Origin: Escherichia phage JSE
Length of the DNA stretch: 64,000 nt
Sequence record: EU863408
Direction: 5' to 3' (one strand)
The translations under genes and the position numbers were made by a program. Numbering within the stretch: position 1 is the first letter of the stretch; each line of letters opens with the position of its first letter. The notes under the pieces were generated by a model. That model was given only the letters and a program-made list of their open reading frames with translations, had not been told where the DNA came from and ran no database searches. Positions 38,382 through 47,100 of this stretch are shown in pieces.

Positions 38382-38876
38382 TTATTTTACCAGTTCTGCT
38401 AATTCTTTTTCTTTAGCTTCTAGTTCAGCTTTAAGCTGTTTAATCTCTTGTCGCTTCTTATTAGCGGCTTCCTGCTTACTATTTCGGATAACCTGATCTA
38501 GATACAACTCCCAATCCTGAATATTTTTGATAATGTATCCGTCAACATTAATTGGTCGGAGATTCAGTACAGCTTCCAGTTTAGTTGCAAAAACTTTAAT
38601 TGCTGGGGTGAAGTATTCATATTCGTTATCTTCAAACCAATAACCTAGACTTGCATTCTCAATACGAAGATGAAGTTTAAGATCAAGGTCTTTATCATCG
38701 GTATATAGGTCTTTTACACACCCCATAGAATTAACAACAACTTTAAAACGAATTTTATCTACACCACCAAAAACATCTTCAAGAATATCAGCAATTGAGC
38801 TATTAGCGCAAGATTGGTCGCTGAATGCGTCAAGGTTTTCTTTAGTTACAGTATACCAAACATCTTGTACCCACAT
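38382..38876 (-). CDS. hypothetical protein (coiled-coil C-terminus)
   Basis: 164-aa ORF; GAGAGGATTATATT-ATG. Confidence 0.5.
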   Translation of the reverse strand: MWVQDVWYTVTKENLDAFSDQSCANSSIADILEDVFGGVDKIRFKVVVNSMGCVKDLYTDDKDLDLKLHLRIENASLGYWFEDNEYEYFTPAIKVFATKLEAVLNLRPINVDGYIIKNIQDWELYLDQVIRNSKQEAANKKRQEIKQLKAELEAKEKELAELVK

Positions 38877-38906
38877 AATATAATCCTCTCGTTGTTAAGT
38901 GGGAGT

Positions 38907-38934
38907 ATTATAGCATACTCCCTTCGCATGTCAA
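38907..38934 (-). promoter_or_regulatory. sigma70-type early promoter (PeSL-like)
   Basis: minus strand TTGACA, 16-nt spacer, TATAAT inside GGGAGUAU/AUACUCCC inverted repeat. Confidence 0.55.
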
Positions 38935-40109
38935 GCACTAACTTTTTTCTTTACTGCTTTCACCTTCTGGCGAATTACTCGAATCTCTTCGATCTCTTTT
39001 TCAGTCTCTTTAACAATTTCTTTGCGATTCTGAATATCTGTATCGAGATTATCATCAAGTTTAGGCAGCATGTCAATCAAGAACTTTTTAAAGTCTTTCA
39101 GGTTTCGGATAACAGCACCTTCACCCATTACCGCCACACCAACACCATCCGGCAGATCACCAAACAGTTTAACCAGTTCAGACAGATGATCATGGTCTTC
39201 TAATGCTTCCTCCGGTTCAGATGGCAGTTCAACAAAGTTATAACGTTCATCATTGCTGATCAAGTGATACCAGCAAAGCCCGAAAGATTTCGGTGTATAT
39301 TCTACACCATCAATTTCAACCGCGTCAACACTTCCATAATCATCTACTTTAGTTACCTTAAATCCTTGTCCCAGCTTTTGAACAATTTCAACAACATGAC
39401 TTGATACAGTTTCAGCGGTAAACCAATATGGCAAATTATGCTGATTTGGCTTGTAGCGTTCACCTACTTTAAATCTCTGACCATCCGCTTGCATAGCATG
39501 AAATTGTTGTTTCGTGATTTCCGCGAAGTATTCAAATTCGCCACCATCAAACACACAAGCCCATTGATCACAAAAACGATCTGCCTTAACAGTTTCACCT
39601 TTCGCGGTGATCATGGTAGCTGATCCGTGCAATTCTTCTTCAACTAAAAAGCCATATTCGACAAAATCAACAAGTTTCATAGCTTCTTTGTGATCTGGAT
39701 CATGCTCTCCCCAGAATCGCTTAAATTCTTGCAAACCTTCTGGTGTAAACGAATAACATTTACCTTTTTCAAAGTAAGTCGGCATTGCATCCTCTTTCTT
39801 GTTCATCGCTTCGTATGCCTCTTTTGAGATGCGTTTAAAGTATTTACGCTCATCGTGCATAATCATAGTAGCCCAATAATAAACGATATCCTCAGCGGAA
39901 TAAACTACATCTCCAGCTTCAATAGTAATAACATGACCGTTGTCATCTTTTTCTAATACTTTAAAGCCCTTTTCGACGATTTCAGCAACCCGAATATGAC
40001 CACGGCGCGAAGCATCGGTCAGAATAATTGAATAGCGAGAAAAGTCTAGAAACTCATCTTTACCACCTTCACGGAATGCATAGTAATGACCTTCAAAGAA
40101 TTTAGCCAT
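38931..40109 (-). CDS. paralog-family protein with about 3 internal repeat modules (family B)
   Basis: 392 aa; repeated GFKV..., ...IDGVEYT... and KYFKRISKE modules shared with 40173-40733 and 40748-41020. Confidence 0.55.
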   Translation of the reverse strand: MAKFFEGHYYAFREGGKDEFLDFSRYSIILTDASRRGHIRVAEIVEKGFKVLEKDDNGHVITIEAGDVVYSAEDIVYYWATMIMHDERKYFKRISKEAYEAMNKKEDAMPTYFEKGKCYSFTPEGLQEFKRFWGEHDPDHKEAMKLVDFVEYGFLVEEELHGSATMITAKGETVKADRFCDQWACVFDGGEFEYFAEITKQQFHAMQADGQRFKVGERYKPNQHNLPYWFTAETVSSHVVEIVQKLGQGFKVTKVDDYGSVDAVEIDGVEYTPKSFGLCWYHLISNDERYNFVELPSEPEEALEDHDHLSELVKLFGDLPDGVGVAVMGEGAVIRNLKDFKKFLIDMLPKLDDNLDTDIQNRKEIVKETEKEIEEIRVIRQKVKAVKKKVSA

Positions 40110-40140
40110 AATATAATCCTCTCGTTGTTTAAATGGGAGT

Positions 40141-40169
40141 ATCTTACTACTCCCGTTTCATCATGTCAA
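40141..40169 (-). promoter_or_regulatory. sigma70-type early promoter (PeSL-like)
   Basis: minus strand TTGACA, 17-nt spacer, TAAGAT; GGGAGUA/UACUCCC stem. Confidence 0.5.
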
Positions 40170-40172
40170 GCG

Positions 40173-40733
40173 TTAAATGACTTTTTGGATCTCTTTCAGT
40201 TCAGCTACTTTATCGGCGCTGAATTTAGCGTAGGTATCATGTCGAATAATTTCACTTTCAAGAAAGGTTTCCAGCCGAGATCTATTTTCAATAAGGAACT
40301 CTTTCAGGTCTTCCGCGTTCTTGATAAAGATTTTATTGTCAGTAATGTCATCTTCAATCGCAAAGGAGATAGAGCGAACTTTACCAAACAAGTTAATCAG
40401 ATCTTCCAGCGATTCTTCTTTCTTAACTGGTTTCATTTCTTCAAACTGCTTTTTAGTGATGCGTTTAAAGTATTTGCGCTCGCTTGCATCAATCATGATT
40501 GACGCACCCTCATAATCATGAGTTTCTACCAAATACACTTTACCCATAACATTAACCGTAAGAACTTTAAAGCCCCTGTGAAGCACACCATACAGGAACT
40601 TGTTATGTTGTGGATAGCGTTTAACAAATTCCTCTGCGGACTCAGCATTACGGAAAGTGTAATAACGACCTCGTTCAAAAACAGCATCATTTGAAGACTT
40701 AGCTGGATACAATTTATACGTTTTCTGTACCAT
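40173..40733 (-). CDS. paralog-family protein (family B)
   Basis: track ORF 40173-40751; start at ATG 40731-40733 with AGAGGATTATATT. Confidence 0.5.
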   Translation of the reverse strand: MVQKTYKLYPAKSSNDAVFERGRYYTFRNAESAEEFVKRYPQHNKFLYGVLHRGFKVLTVNVMGKVYLVETHDYEGASIMIDASERKYFKRITKKQFEEMKPVKKEESLEDLINLFGKVRSISFAIEDDITDNKIFIKNAEDLKEFLIENRSRLETFLESEIIRHDTYAKFSADKVAELKEIQKVI

Positions 40734-40747
40734 AATATAATCCTCTA

Positions 40748-41020
40748 TCATTTCACTAATTGAACAGCACGAAACAGAATGCGGTCACACGGAAGAAGCA
40801 TAAATTCCCAACGCGGATCAAAGTCTTTAGCGGTATATGTTTTCCCATCAACCGAGATTTCACTTACATAACCAATAGGTGACACTTTAAGAACAGTAAA
40901 CCCATTCTTGATGACTTCGTAGGTATCTTTCAATCCTTCGTAGTCATCCTCTAGGAAGTCTTTACGTGCTTGCTCAGATTTAAAAACATAGGCCACACCG
41001 GATTTAAACATCTTACGCAT
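40748..41020 (-). CDS. paralog-family protein (family B, single module)
   Basis: track ORF 40748-41080 (TTG inside promoter); start MRKMFKSG at 41018-41020 with SD GAAGGAG. Confidence 0.5.
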   Translation of the reverse strand: MRKMFKSGVAYVFKSEQARKDFLEDDYEGLKDTYEVIKNGFTVLKVSPIGYVSEISVDGKTYTAKDFDPRWEFMLLPCDRILFRAVQLVK

Positions 41021-41051
41021 TGTTGATTCTCCTTCTTGATTAGATGGGAGT

Positions 41052-41080
41052 ATTTTACTACTCCCATTTCTTATTGTCAA
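41052..41080 (-). promoter_or_regulatory. sigma70-type early promoter (PeSL-like)
   Basis: minus strand TTGACA, 17-nt spacer, TAAAAT; UGGGAGUA/UACUCCCA stem. Confidence 0.5.
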
Positions 41081-41083
41081 CTA

Positions 41084-41557
41084 CTATCTTAATCTTTGTA
41101 TAAATTGTTTCTTATACTTCTTCGTGATCTCTTCTCTTGTATCAGCGTCACAGTAATCGAAACCTTCTGCGTCCATAATAGCAACCATCTCCGCGCGTGT
41201 CAAGCGTGAAAATCGTTTTACTTTATCAACAGCATATTGAGGATGTAAATGATTGTTGGTGTAGTCTCCTTTGATGTAATTAACATAGTTTGTAGCCCAA
41301 ACAACGAAATCAGCACCTAAAGCACCAACACCAAACCGTTTAAAGTCTCCGGTCAACGATCCTTCTAGGCGGTTGCAACACGAATGAAGCAATCCCCTTA
41401 CACGGCCTTGCCCTTTCCCATCTAGATCGTGGTCGTGGTCAAGATGGTTTTTGCTCATATCCTCAAAAAGTGGCAATTGACAAAGGGGGCAAATACCCCC
41501 CTGTTTTTCGAATAGTTCTTGTTTGTACTCTTTAGCACTCTTAGCAGTCAGTAACAT
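41084..41557 (-). CDS. 49: endonuclease VII (Holliday junction resolvase)
   Basis: track ORF 41084-41572; start MLLTAK at 41555-41557 (SD GGAGGG); 157 aa as T4 gp49; LDHDH...VRGLL...CN motif. Confidence 0.85.
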   Translation of the reverse strand: MLLTAKSAKEYKQELFEKQGGICPLCQLPLFEDMSKNHLDHDHDLDGKGQGRVRGLLHSCCNRLEGSLTGDFKRFGVGALGADFVVWATNYVNYIKGDYTNNHLHPQYAVDKVKRFSRLTRAEMVAIMDAEGFDYCDADTREEITKKYKKQFIQRLR

Positions 41558-41581
41558 AAATTCACCCTCCAAAGAAGGTAT

Positions 41582-41863
41582 TTAACCATGAATCTTGTTT
41601 TTGACTACAAAGGATCGGAACTCATCAAAGCCACCAATATAATCACCATCATAGAAAATCTGCGGCATGGTGGCAATAACTTCTACCCCTGCGCGATCCT
41701 GAATGTCGGCAATGATAGAATCAATCTTTACAGGGCGACCGTTTTCGTCCACACCATCATTGACAGGAATATAGATGTAAGGGATCTTACGCGATTCACA
41801 AAGGCGCTTTGCATTCTGGCAATACTTACAGTTGTAACCTTCAAAACCAAAAATTTCTACCAT
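41582..41863 (-). CDS. nrdC: thioredoxin/glutaredoxin NrdC
   Basis: track ORF 41582-41875; start at ATG 41861-41863; CKYC active site; MPQIFYDGDYIGGF. Confidence 0.75.
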   Translation of the reverse strand: MVEIFGFEGYNCKYCQNAKRLCESRKIPYIYIPVNDGVDENGRPVKIDSIIADIQDRAGVEVIATMPQIFYDGDYIGGFDEFRSFVVKNKIHG

Positions 41864-41871
41864 GTTGTACC

Positions 41872-42684
41872 TCAATCTACGTTAGTTACATAAACTTCTT
41901 GTGTATCAGAAGACTTACCACCTGAACGATCTAGGCAATAGGTCTTATTCAACAGGACGCAGTTTAAATCATTCCGCTTGATAAAGTCAAGGAGATGATC
42001 ATTTACCTTTCCCTTATGATGTGTGACATTACTGATACCAAACCGAAAACCACGCTCCATAATAGATTCTACCCACTGATAGAATTTAATCTCTTCCTCG
42101 TCACTCCAGAACTTATTGTATTCCGCAGAAGTGATAAGGTACGGCGGGTCCAAATAAACGAAATCACCTGGCAAGATCTCGATCTCGTCATAGCGACCAG
42201 ACGTAAAACTGATTCGACCGTCTTTGTTTTCTTCCTTAAAATTCAGGACACGCTCTACCGCGTTTTCGTTAAAAGTCCGGCGACCAAAATTAGCATTAAA
42301 TTCTCCCTTCCTGTTATGGCGGTTAATGTTGCTAAAACTGTGCTGAATCAGAACAAACAGAGATAGCGGATCTGGATTCTCATTATACTTCTTACGGAAT
42401 GCCATGTAAGCGTCTTTATCTTCGCGAGACAAACCATTCTCGGCAATAATCCGCTTGATCGTAGAAACCGGGTCAGGACACTCGTCAATCGCTTTGTACG
42501 CGTCAATTAAGCGGTGATCATAGTCATTAGCCAGCACATCCCCTTCGACGTACAGAGACACGCTCAAGCCGCCACAAAAGGCATCAACAAAGCGGTTATA
42601 GTGCTTAGGGAAATACTTACTAACACCAGGCAATAACTTTTCCTTATTGCCAGTATAGGGAATTAAACCTAATGCTTTCTTCAT
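41872..42684 (-). CDS. dam: DNA adenine methyltransferase (Dam, N6-A alpha class)
   Basis: track ORF 41872-42741; start MKKALGLIPYTGNK at 42682-42684; FCGG motif I, DPPY motif IV; GDFVYLDPPYLITSAEYNKFWSDEEE matches T4 Dam. Confidence 0.85.
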   Translation of the reverse strand: MKKALGLIPYTGNKEKLLPGVSKYFPKHYNRFVDAFCGGLSVSLYVEGDVLANDYDHRLIDAYKAIDECPDPVSTIKRIIAENGLSREDKDAYMAFRKKYNENPDPLSLFVLIQHSFSNINRHNRKGEFNANFGRRTFNENAVERVLNFKEENKDGRISFTSGRYDEIEILPGDFVYLDPPYLITSAEYNKFWSDEEEIKFYQWVESIMERGFRFGISNVTHHKGKVNDHLLDFIKRNDLNCVLLNKTYCLDRSGGKSSDTQEVYVTNVD

Positions 42685-43115
42685 TATCCCTTCCTCAAAT
42701 AAGTTCTCTCGATCTCTACCAGTTCGAAAAATTCTTGCCAATCACACGGAAAATTGCAGTTTCCGAAATGATCCTCTTTGTAAAGTTCTTTACCGGATGG
42801 CAGCTTAATATCTGTTACGCTGTAGTATCCGCAACAATCGCAATCACCATCTGTATATTCTGTTTTAGTCGGAATATCCATCATTGCCAGATACAAAGGT
42901 ACATCGTCTTGCTCAAAGTTCATGTAACCTTCATGGTCGAATGAAACAAAGTTATCATCACCACCGAAAGGGATATAATGGTCATAATCGGTTACAGGGT
43001 GACCGTGTAATTCCCATTCTACAATTTTAACATTACCACTAAACTTTATACCCATAATTTCAACAAGAAAATGAGTATCGTCAATGTAAATCTTACTAGG
43101 GGTTGGATAAACCAT
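42684..43115 (-). CDS. hypothetical protein
   Basis: 143-aa ORF. Confidence 0.5.
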   Translation of the reverse strand: MVYPTPSKIYIDDTHFLVEIMGIKFSGNVKIVEWELHGHPVTDYDHYIPFGGDDNFVSFDHEGYMNFEQDDVPLYLAMMDIPTKTEYTDGDCDCCGYYSVTDIKLPSGKELYKEDHFGNCNFPCDWQEFFELVEIERTYLRKG

Positions 43116-43125
43116 TATATAATCC

Positions 43126-43422
43126 TCATATCTCAGAGAATAGAATCTCTGTTAGCTTCACTGACTGCTCTCTGAATGTTAGCGTATACTCGAAAGGAAA
43201 GTCAATACCCAACTTCAAAAGAGAATAGCCTACCGCCTCTTTATGCTTATCGGTTAGGGCGATCCTAACCAATTCCCGTTGAATCTCTTTAGGCGGTGAA
43301 TGGATAGTAACACGGGTATCATGCAATGTCCAGTCACCATTACGAATCAAGATTAACGGTTTATCGTCATTGAAGATCACCGACCCCTTTCCGGTCGGTG
43401 AGTGTTTTATACTAATCATCAA
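43126..43422 (-). CDS. hypothetical protein
   Basis: 98-aa ORF. Confidence 0.45.
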   Translation of the reverse strand: MMISIKHSPTGKGSVIFNDDKPLILIRNGDWTLHDTRVTIHSPPKEIQRELVRIALTDKHKEAVGYSLLKLGIDFPFEYTLTFREQSVKLTEILFSEI

Positions 43423-43633
43423 ATTCTAAGAAATATTCTGGAACGATATAACCGTTAAAGTCATTACACTTATAAAAATGTGGTGCATTTAATGCTGGAT
43501 GAGCATTAGTAAAGAGTTTACCCTCTAGAAACAGAATGTAATTAATAGGTCTAATACCTACAGAATCAGGGTCTAAACCTTTTTCTTTCAGTTCAGCCAG
43601 CGTTAAAACTCGTCCAGATCGTAACTTAGCCAT
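43412..43633 (-). CDS. hypothetical protein
   Basis: 73-aa ORF. Confidence 0.45.
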   Translation of the reverse strand: MAKLRSGRVLTLAELKEKGLDPDSVGIRPINYILFLEGKLFTNAHPALNAPHFYKCNDFNGYIVPEYFLEFDD

Positions 43634-43919
43634 GATTTACCCCCAATTCATCAAGATTATGTCGCAGCATTTCAGAGTATTTTTCTACTTCCTTAATCTT
43701 AGTGTGGATCTCCACGATCTCATCTTCACTATCAGAAAGTTTAATGGCAATAGCGGTACTTCCTTGACCCGTCTTGATCGCTTCTTTCAGTTCAACCAAC
43801 ATGTCCGCGTGTTTCAATAGCAATTCTTCACGTCGAACATAAGCGACGGTCAAAGCCTCATCAGCGATTTCTAAAGCATTTTCAGCAACACCAACAACCA
43901 TTTTACGAGTAGACAGCAT
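43626..43919 (-). CDS. hypothetical protein
   Basis: 97-aa ORF. Confidence 0.45.
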   Translation of the reverse strand: MLSTRKMVVGVAENALEIADEALTVAYVRREELLLKHADMLVELKEAIKTGQGSTAIAIKLSDSEDEIVEIHTKIKEVEKYSEMLRHNLDELGVNHG

Positions 43920-43933
43920 AAATTCACCTCACA

Positions 43934-44242
43934 TTATTTCACGTTAACGCCGTCATCAATCCAGCCGACGCTATTTGGTTTAACAGTTTTACCATAGGAT
44001 GCATACTTAATCAAGCATGGTTTAACATCATTATCAAATCTTCCTAAACGTACTCCCAAATCAGGAATATCCATGTATGCGGCTTTATATCCCCATGTAC
44101 CGTATTCAGAATCAATCTCAACCGGACGGCCTTTAAAAGCATACACTACACCGTGACGGTCAACGATAACATAGCGATAGCCAGCCGGAAGATACACAGT
44201 TTCGCCGTAAACTTTAACTGGAGTAGCAGAAGAGATAAACAT
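43934..44242 (-). CDS. hypothetical protein
   Basis: track ORF 43934-44278; start MFISSATP at 44240-44242 with GAGGATTATATT. Confidence 0.45.
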   Translation of the reverse strand: MFISSATPVKVYGETVYLPAGYRYVIVDRHGVVYAFKGRPVEIDSEYGTWGYKAAYMDIPDLGVRLGRFDNDVKPCLIKYASYGKTVKPNSVGWIDDGVNVK

Positions 44243-44275
44243 AATATAATCCTCACATCGTTCATTTGATGCGGT

Positions 44276-44304
44276 CATTATATGATAACCGCATTTTCAT
44301 GTCA
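44276..44304 (-). promoter_or_regulatory. sigma70-type early promoter (PeSL-like)
   Basis: minus strand TTGACA, 17-nt spacer, TATAAT; UGCGGU/ACCGCA inverted repeat around -10. Confidence 0.55.
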
Positions 44305-44312
44305 ACAGTTTT

Positions 44313-44619
44313 TTAAAAATCTTCTTCCGGTTTATATCGACCGTCATCGACTGGTTTTGGACTGAATCCTTTATGCGTGCGCGGCTTCGCTTCCGGTTTA
44401 CCAGCAATCATCAAACCAAAACATTTCAGCCCCTTATAACACATAACATTATCAACCACGGTCCACGTTATAGGCCATACGATTGCAGCAATACAAAATG
44501 CTCCTGTATCGACCTCTTTGGTGTCCTTGTCGAATCTGGCGTACAAGCAGAATACTAGATACGAGATCATTGCACCAGTAGTCCAGATATAAAGCACATT
44601 AACAATATCTTGTGTTGTC
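44313..44619 (-). CDS. small membrane protein
   Basis: track ORF 44313-44735; probable GTG start at 44617-44619 (SD AAGGAGG); two hydrophobic segments. Confidence 0.4.
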
Positions 44620-44631
44620 ACATTATCCTCC

Positions 44632-44910
44632 TTACATGTCTTGCAGTGCATAAAAGCATTTTTCTTCATAGTCATAGAAAATGTCAAAGTATGCTTTTTC
44701 CACATACTCGCCATTAATCCAAGCGGCAGTAACAATCAGAGTGGTCCAGTTAGATCCGCTCTCAACGGTAAAGGTTTTAATACCCAGCTTCGCTGCCAAG
44801 TCGAACGCAAACCGGACGCAACCACGGCAGGAAGTGATATTGGAAGTTTTGATTTTAAAGCCACCGCGAGTTTTAGAAATTTCTACTTTAGCGAAAGACA
44901 GGTTGCTCAT
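44632..44910 (-). CDS. hypothetical protein
   Basis: 92-aa ORF; AGGAGAATCAAA-ATG. Confidence 0.5.
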   Translation of the reverse strand: MSNLSFAKVEISKTRGGFKIKTSNITSCRGCVRFAFDLAAKLGIKTFTVESGSNWTTLIVTAAWINGEYVEKAYFDIFYDYEEKCFYALQDM

Positions 44911-44952
44911 TTTGATTCTCCTTAAGAAAGTGTGTTTCGTTTTGATGTGTGT

Positions 44953-44981
44953 AGTATAGGGGATACGTGATCCCCTGTCAA
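44953..44981 (-). promoter_or_regulatory. sigma70-type early promoter (PeSL)
   Basis: minus strand TTGACA, 17-nt spacer GGGGAUC-ACG-UAUCCCC stem-loop, TATACT. Confidence 0.6.
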
Positions 44982-44989
44982 CAAATTTT

Positions 44990-45319
44990 TTATGATTTTA
45001 GTGAATTAACCACTACATCAAAATGATGGACAGAGCACACCTTATTAAACACATACTCATCGTGTTTAGGAATAGCGCCTAACCGCTTTATTTCGCTCGC
45101 TGACACGATAAACCGTTTATCCGGTGCATTTACCTTACATGCTTCAACAACGCACGGGAAACGCGTTTCAGAGAGTTCTGGATAGTTTTCTGAATCCATC
45201 AGGACAATGAATACCCTGTTACATTGATTGTAGAATCCTGTTTTTGATTTCATCAAGTTTTCTTCTCTGTACAATTCGTGCAATCTTCCTTTCATGATTT
45301 CGTTGGTTCTTGTCTTCAC
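44990..45319 (-). CDS. hypothetical protein
   Basis: 109-aa track ORF; true start probably internal. Confidence 0.35.
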   Translation of the reverse strand: MKTRTNEIMKGRLHELYREENLMKSKTGFYNQCNRVFIVLMDSENYPELSETRFPCVVEACKVNAPDKRFIVSASEIKRLGAIPKHDEYVFNKVCSVHHFDVVVNSLKS

Positions 45320-45560
45320 AGTTTACCCATTCAACAAGATCTTTACCCAACTCGAAAGCCCATTCTCGGTCTTGCTTTACGTTTTGTAGGTATGGACTTT
45401 CTGACACTCTACGAAGTGATGTTGTCGTAACAAGAATGATCCCAGGAATGGTCGGATGTTCCTTTCCATATACAATAGGACGCGAGTCACTATCAATACC
45501 TTGTAAGAAGGTGTATCCTGAATCACTTAGAATCATATACTTTTTCATTTCACACATCAC
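45219..45560 (-). CDS. hypothetical protein
   Basis: 113-aa ORF. Confidence 0.45.
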   Translation of the reverse strand: MMCEMKKYMILSDSGYTFLQGIDSDSRPIVYGKEHPTIPGIILVTTTSLRRVSESPYLQNVKQDREWAFELGKDLVEWVNCEDKNQRNHERKIARIVQRRKLDEIKNRILQSM

Positions 45561-45814
45561 AGTTTCCTCAACCAGTTATTAAAGCGAGCAAACCATGACG
45601 CTTTTCGTGCTTCTTTTACTTTATGTGCACGAAAACCACTGAAACACCATTCATAATCATCACCGAAACATGATTCAACAGGAACACCCGCATTTCGTAG
45701 TTCTCTGGTCTTTATCATAAATCCTTGACATAAGGGTCGACCTTCAACAATGATAGGAAGTTTAACTTTTTCCATGAAAGTATACCCAGCACGGTCAATA
45801 ATTTCAATTTTCAT
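45557..45814 (-). CDS. hypothetical protein
   Basis: 85-aa ORF, ATGA-coupled. Confidence 0.45.
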   Translation of the reverse strand: MKIEIIDRAGYTFMEKVKLPIIVEGRPLCQGFMIKTRELRNAGVPVESCFGDDYEWCFSGFRAHKVKEARKASWFARFNNWLRKL

Positions 45815-46059
45815 TTTACATTATCTCCATAGATCTTTCCAGCAATATCAATTTCACCAGCGCGAACATCTAGGATAAGATGCGGTAGGTGTATGCAGTT
45901 TTCCCACCCCACTCGCTTCATTTCTGAAACCGTGACGTAAGCCCATCCGTTCGCTGTAATAAAGTCTACTTCAACCTTGAGAGGAAAGCAAGACTTTTCT
46001 ATGTCTTCAAATCCGATAATGTGTTTTGTCGTTGAATATGGAATATATCCGGTGATCAT
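45811..46059 (-). CDS. hypothetical protein
   Basis: 82-aa ORF, ATGA-coupled. Confidence 0.45.
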   Translation of the reverse strand: MITGYIPYSTTKHIIGFEDIEKSCFPLKVEVDFITANGWAYVTVSEMKRVGWENCIHLPHLILDVRAGEIDIAGKIYGDNVK

Positions 46060-46517
46060 TTTGTGATCTCCTTATACTCAACACACCATAAGCAGGTAGC
46101 CCATGATAAACGCTCATAACGCTGGCAGAAATCGGACCATAGATATTGTGCACCGTTCGGCATAGTTGAAATATGCGTTTTCTCTCCAACTTTCACGAAA
46201 GAAGTATTCGATTTTGTGATCTCGACCGGAGTATATCCGAAAGCGGGTTCCAACTCAACATCTGAACTAAATGCCAATTTAACAGAATTTGTTTTTCTGA
46301 CCGCTGTCCGGTTTCCTTCTGGGTACAGCACAGCAGGTTTAGCGCCTAAGCGGATAAACTCAGTATTTTTAATGAACAGAATATCATGATAACCGTCATA
46401 TTCCGACACTTCCATAGTAACAGGAAAATCGACATGTGCTAAACCTGGTAGATCTCGCATATCATGAAAGGTCGCCATCAACTTTTTCATTCTATATTCC
46501 TCACTCTTCTGTTTCAT
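46056..46517 (-). CDS. hypothetical protein
   Basis: 153-aa ORF. Confidence 0.5.
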   Translation of the reverse strand: MKQKSEEYRMKKLMATFHDMRDLPGLAHVDFPVTMEVSEYDGYHDILFIKNTEFIRLGAKPAVLYPEGNRTAVRKTNSVKLAFSSDVELEPAFGYTPVEITKSNTSFVKVGEKTHISTMPNGAQYLWSDFCQRYERLSWATCLWCVEYKEITK

Positions 46518-46737
46518 TTCTTTTATATGGTACTATAACAGGATTAATACAGCAAGCACCAATTACGTTATGAGCACCACAAGTTAAACATTTATAGTCA
46601 TGGAACTTATTAAGGAATCGACCAAACTCATAACCGACTAGCGCCGCGTGTACTTGAGTCTCGATCTCATCCATATCAGCCAATGTTTTAACCTTCATAG
46701 TATAATCCTCAAATGGTAGTTTTGCGAAGATGGTCAT
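46501..46737 (-). CDS. hypothetical Cys-containing protein
   Basis: 78-aa ORF; CLTCGAHNVIGACC. Confidence 0.45.
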   Translation of the reverse strand: MTIFAKLPFEDYTMKVKTLADMDEIETQVHAALVGYEFGRFLNKFHDYKCLTCGAHNVIGACCINPVIVPYKRNETEE

Positions 46738-46999
46738 TACATGCTTTTAATGCATCAGTCGCGGTGTCATAGCGAGTATTATCATAGCACCAGTAACCAT
46801 CTGTCAACTGATAAATCAATCCGTCCTTTTTAGCTTCGATGAAAGACAATTCTTTGAAAGTTTCTACTTTCTTTGCTGATACTCCACGGTCACGGCGTTT
46901 ATAGAGTTTAGCTAAAATGCGTTCAGCTTGTTCCTCTTTATTGCCAGACAGATCCCAGATGATGTTTCTTATATGCTTGATTAATTGTTCAGTGGTCAT
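46709..46999 (-). CDS. hypothetical protein
   Basis: 96-aa ORF; AGGAGAATCAAAG-ATG. Confidence 0.5.
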   Translation of the reverse strand: MTTEQLIKHIRNIIWDLSGNKEEQAERILAKLYKRRDRGVSAKKVETFKELSFIEAKKDGLIYQLTDGYWCYDNTRYDTATDALKACNDHLRKTTI

Positions 47000-47028
47000 C
47001 TTTGATTCTCCTTAGTTGGTATGCGTGC

Positions 47029-47056
47029 ATTATAGCATTGTGATTATCTTTGTCAA
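47029..47056 (-). promoter_or_regulatory. sigma70-type early promoter
   Basis: minus strand TTGACA, 16-nt spacer, TATAAT. Confidence 0.55.
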
Positions 47057-47061
47057 CACCC

Positions 47062-47093
47062 AAAAACAAAAAAGGCTATCCCGAAGGATAGCC
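47062..47093 (-). terminator. intrinsic terminator after the glycine-rich protein gene
   Basis: minus RNA GGGCUAUCC-UUCG-GGAUAGCC then UUUUUUGUUUUU. Confidence 0.65.
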
Positions 47094-47100
47094 CATAAAA

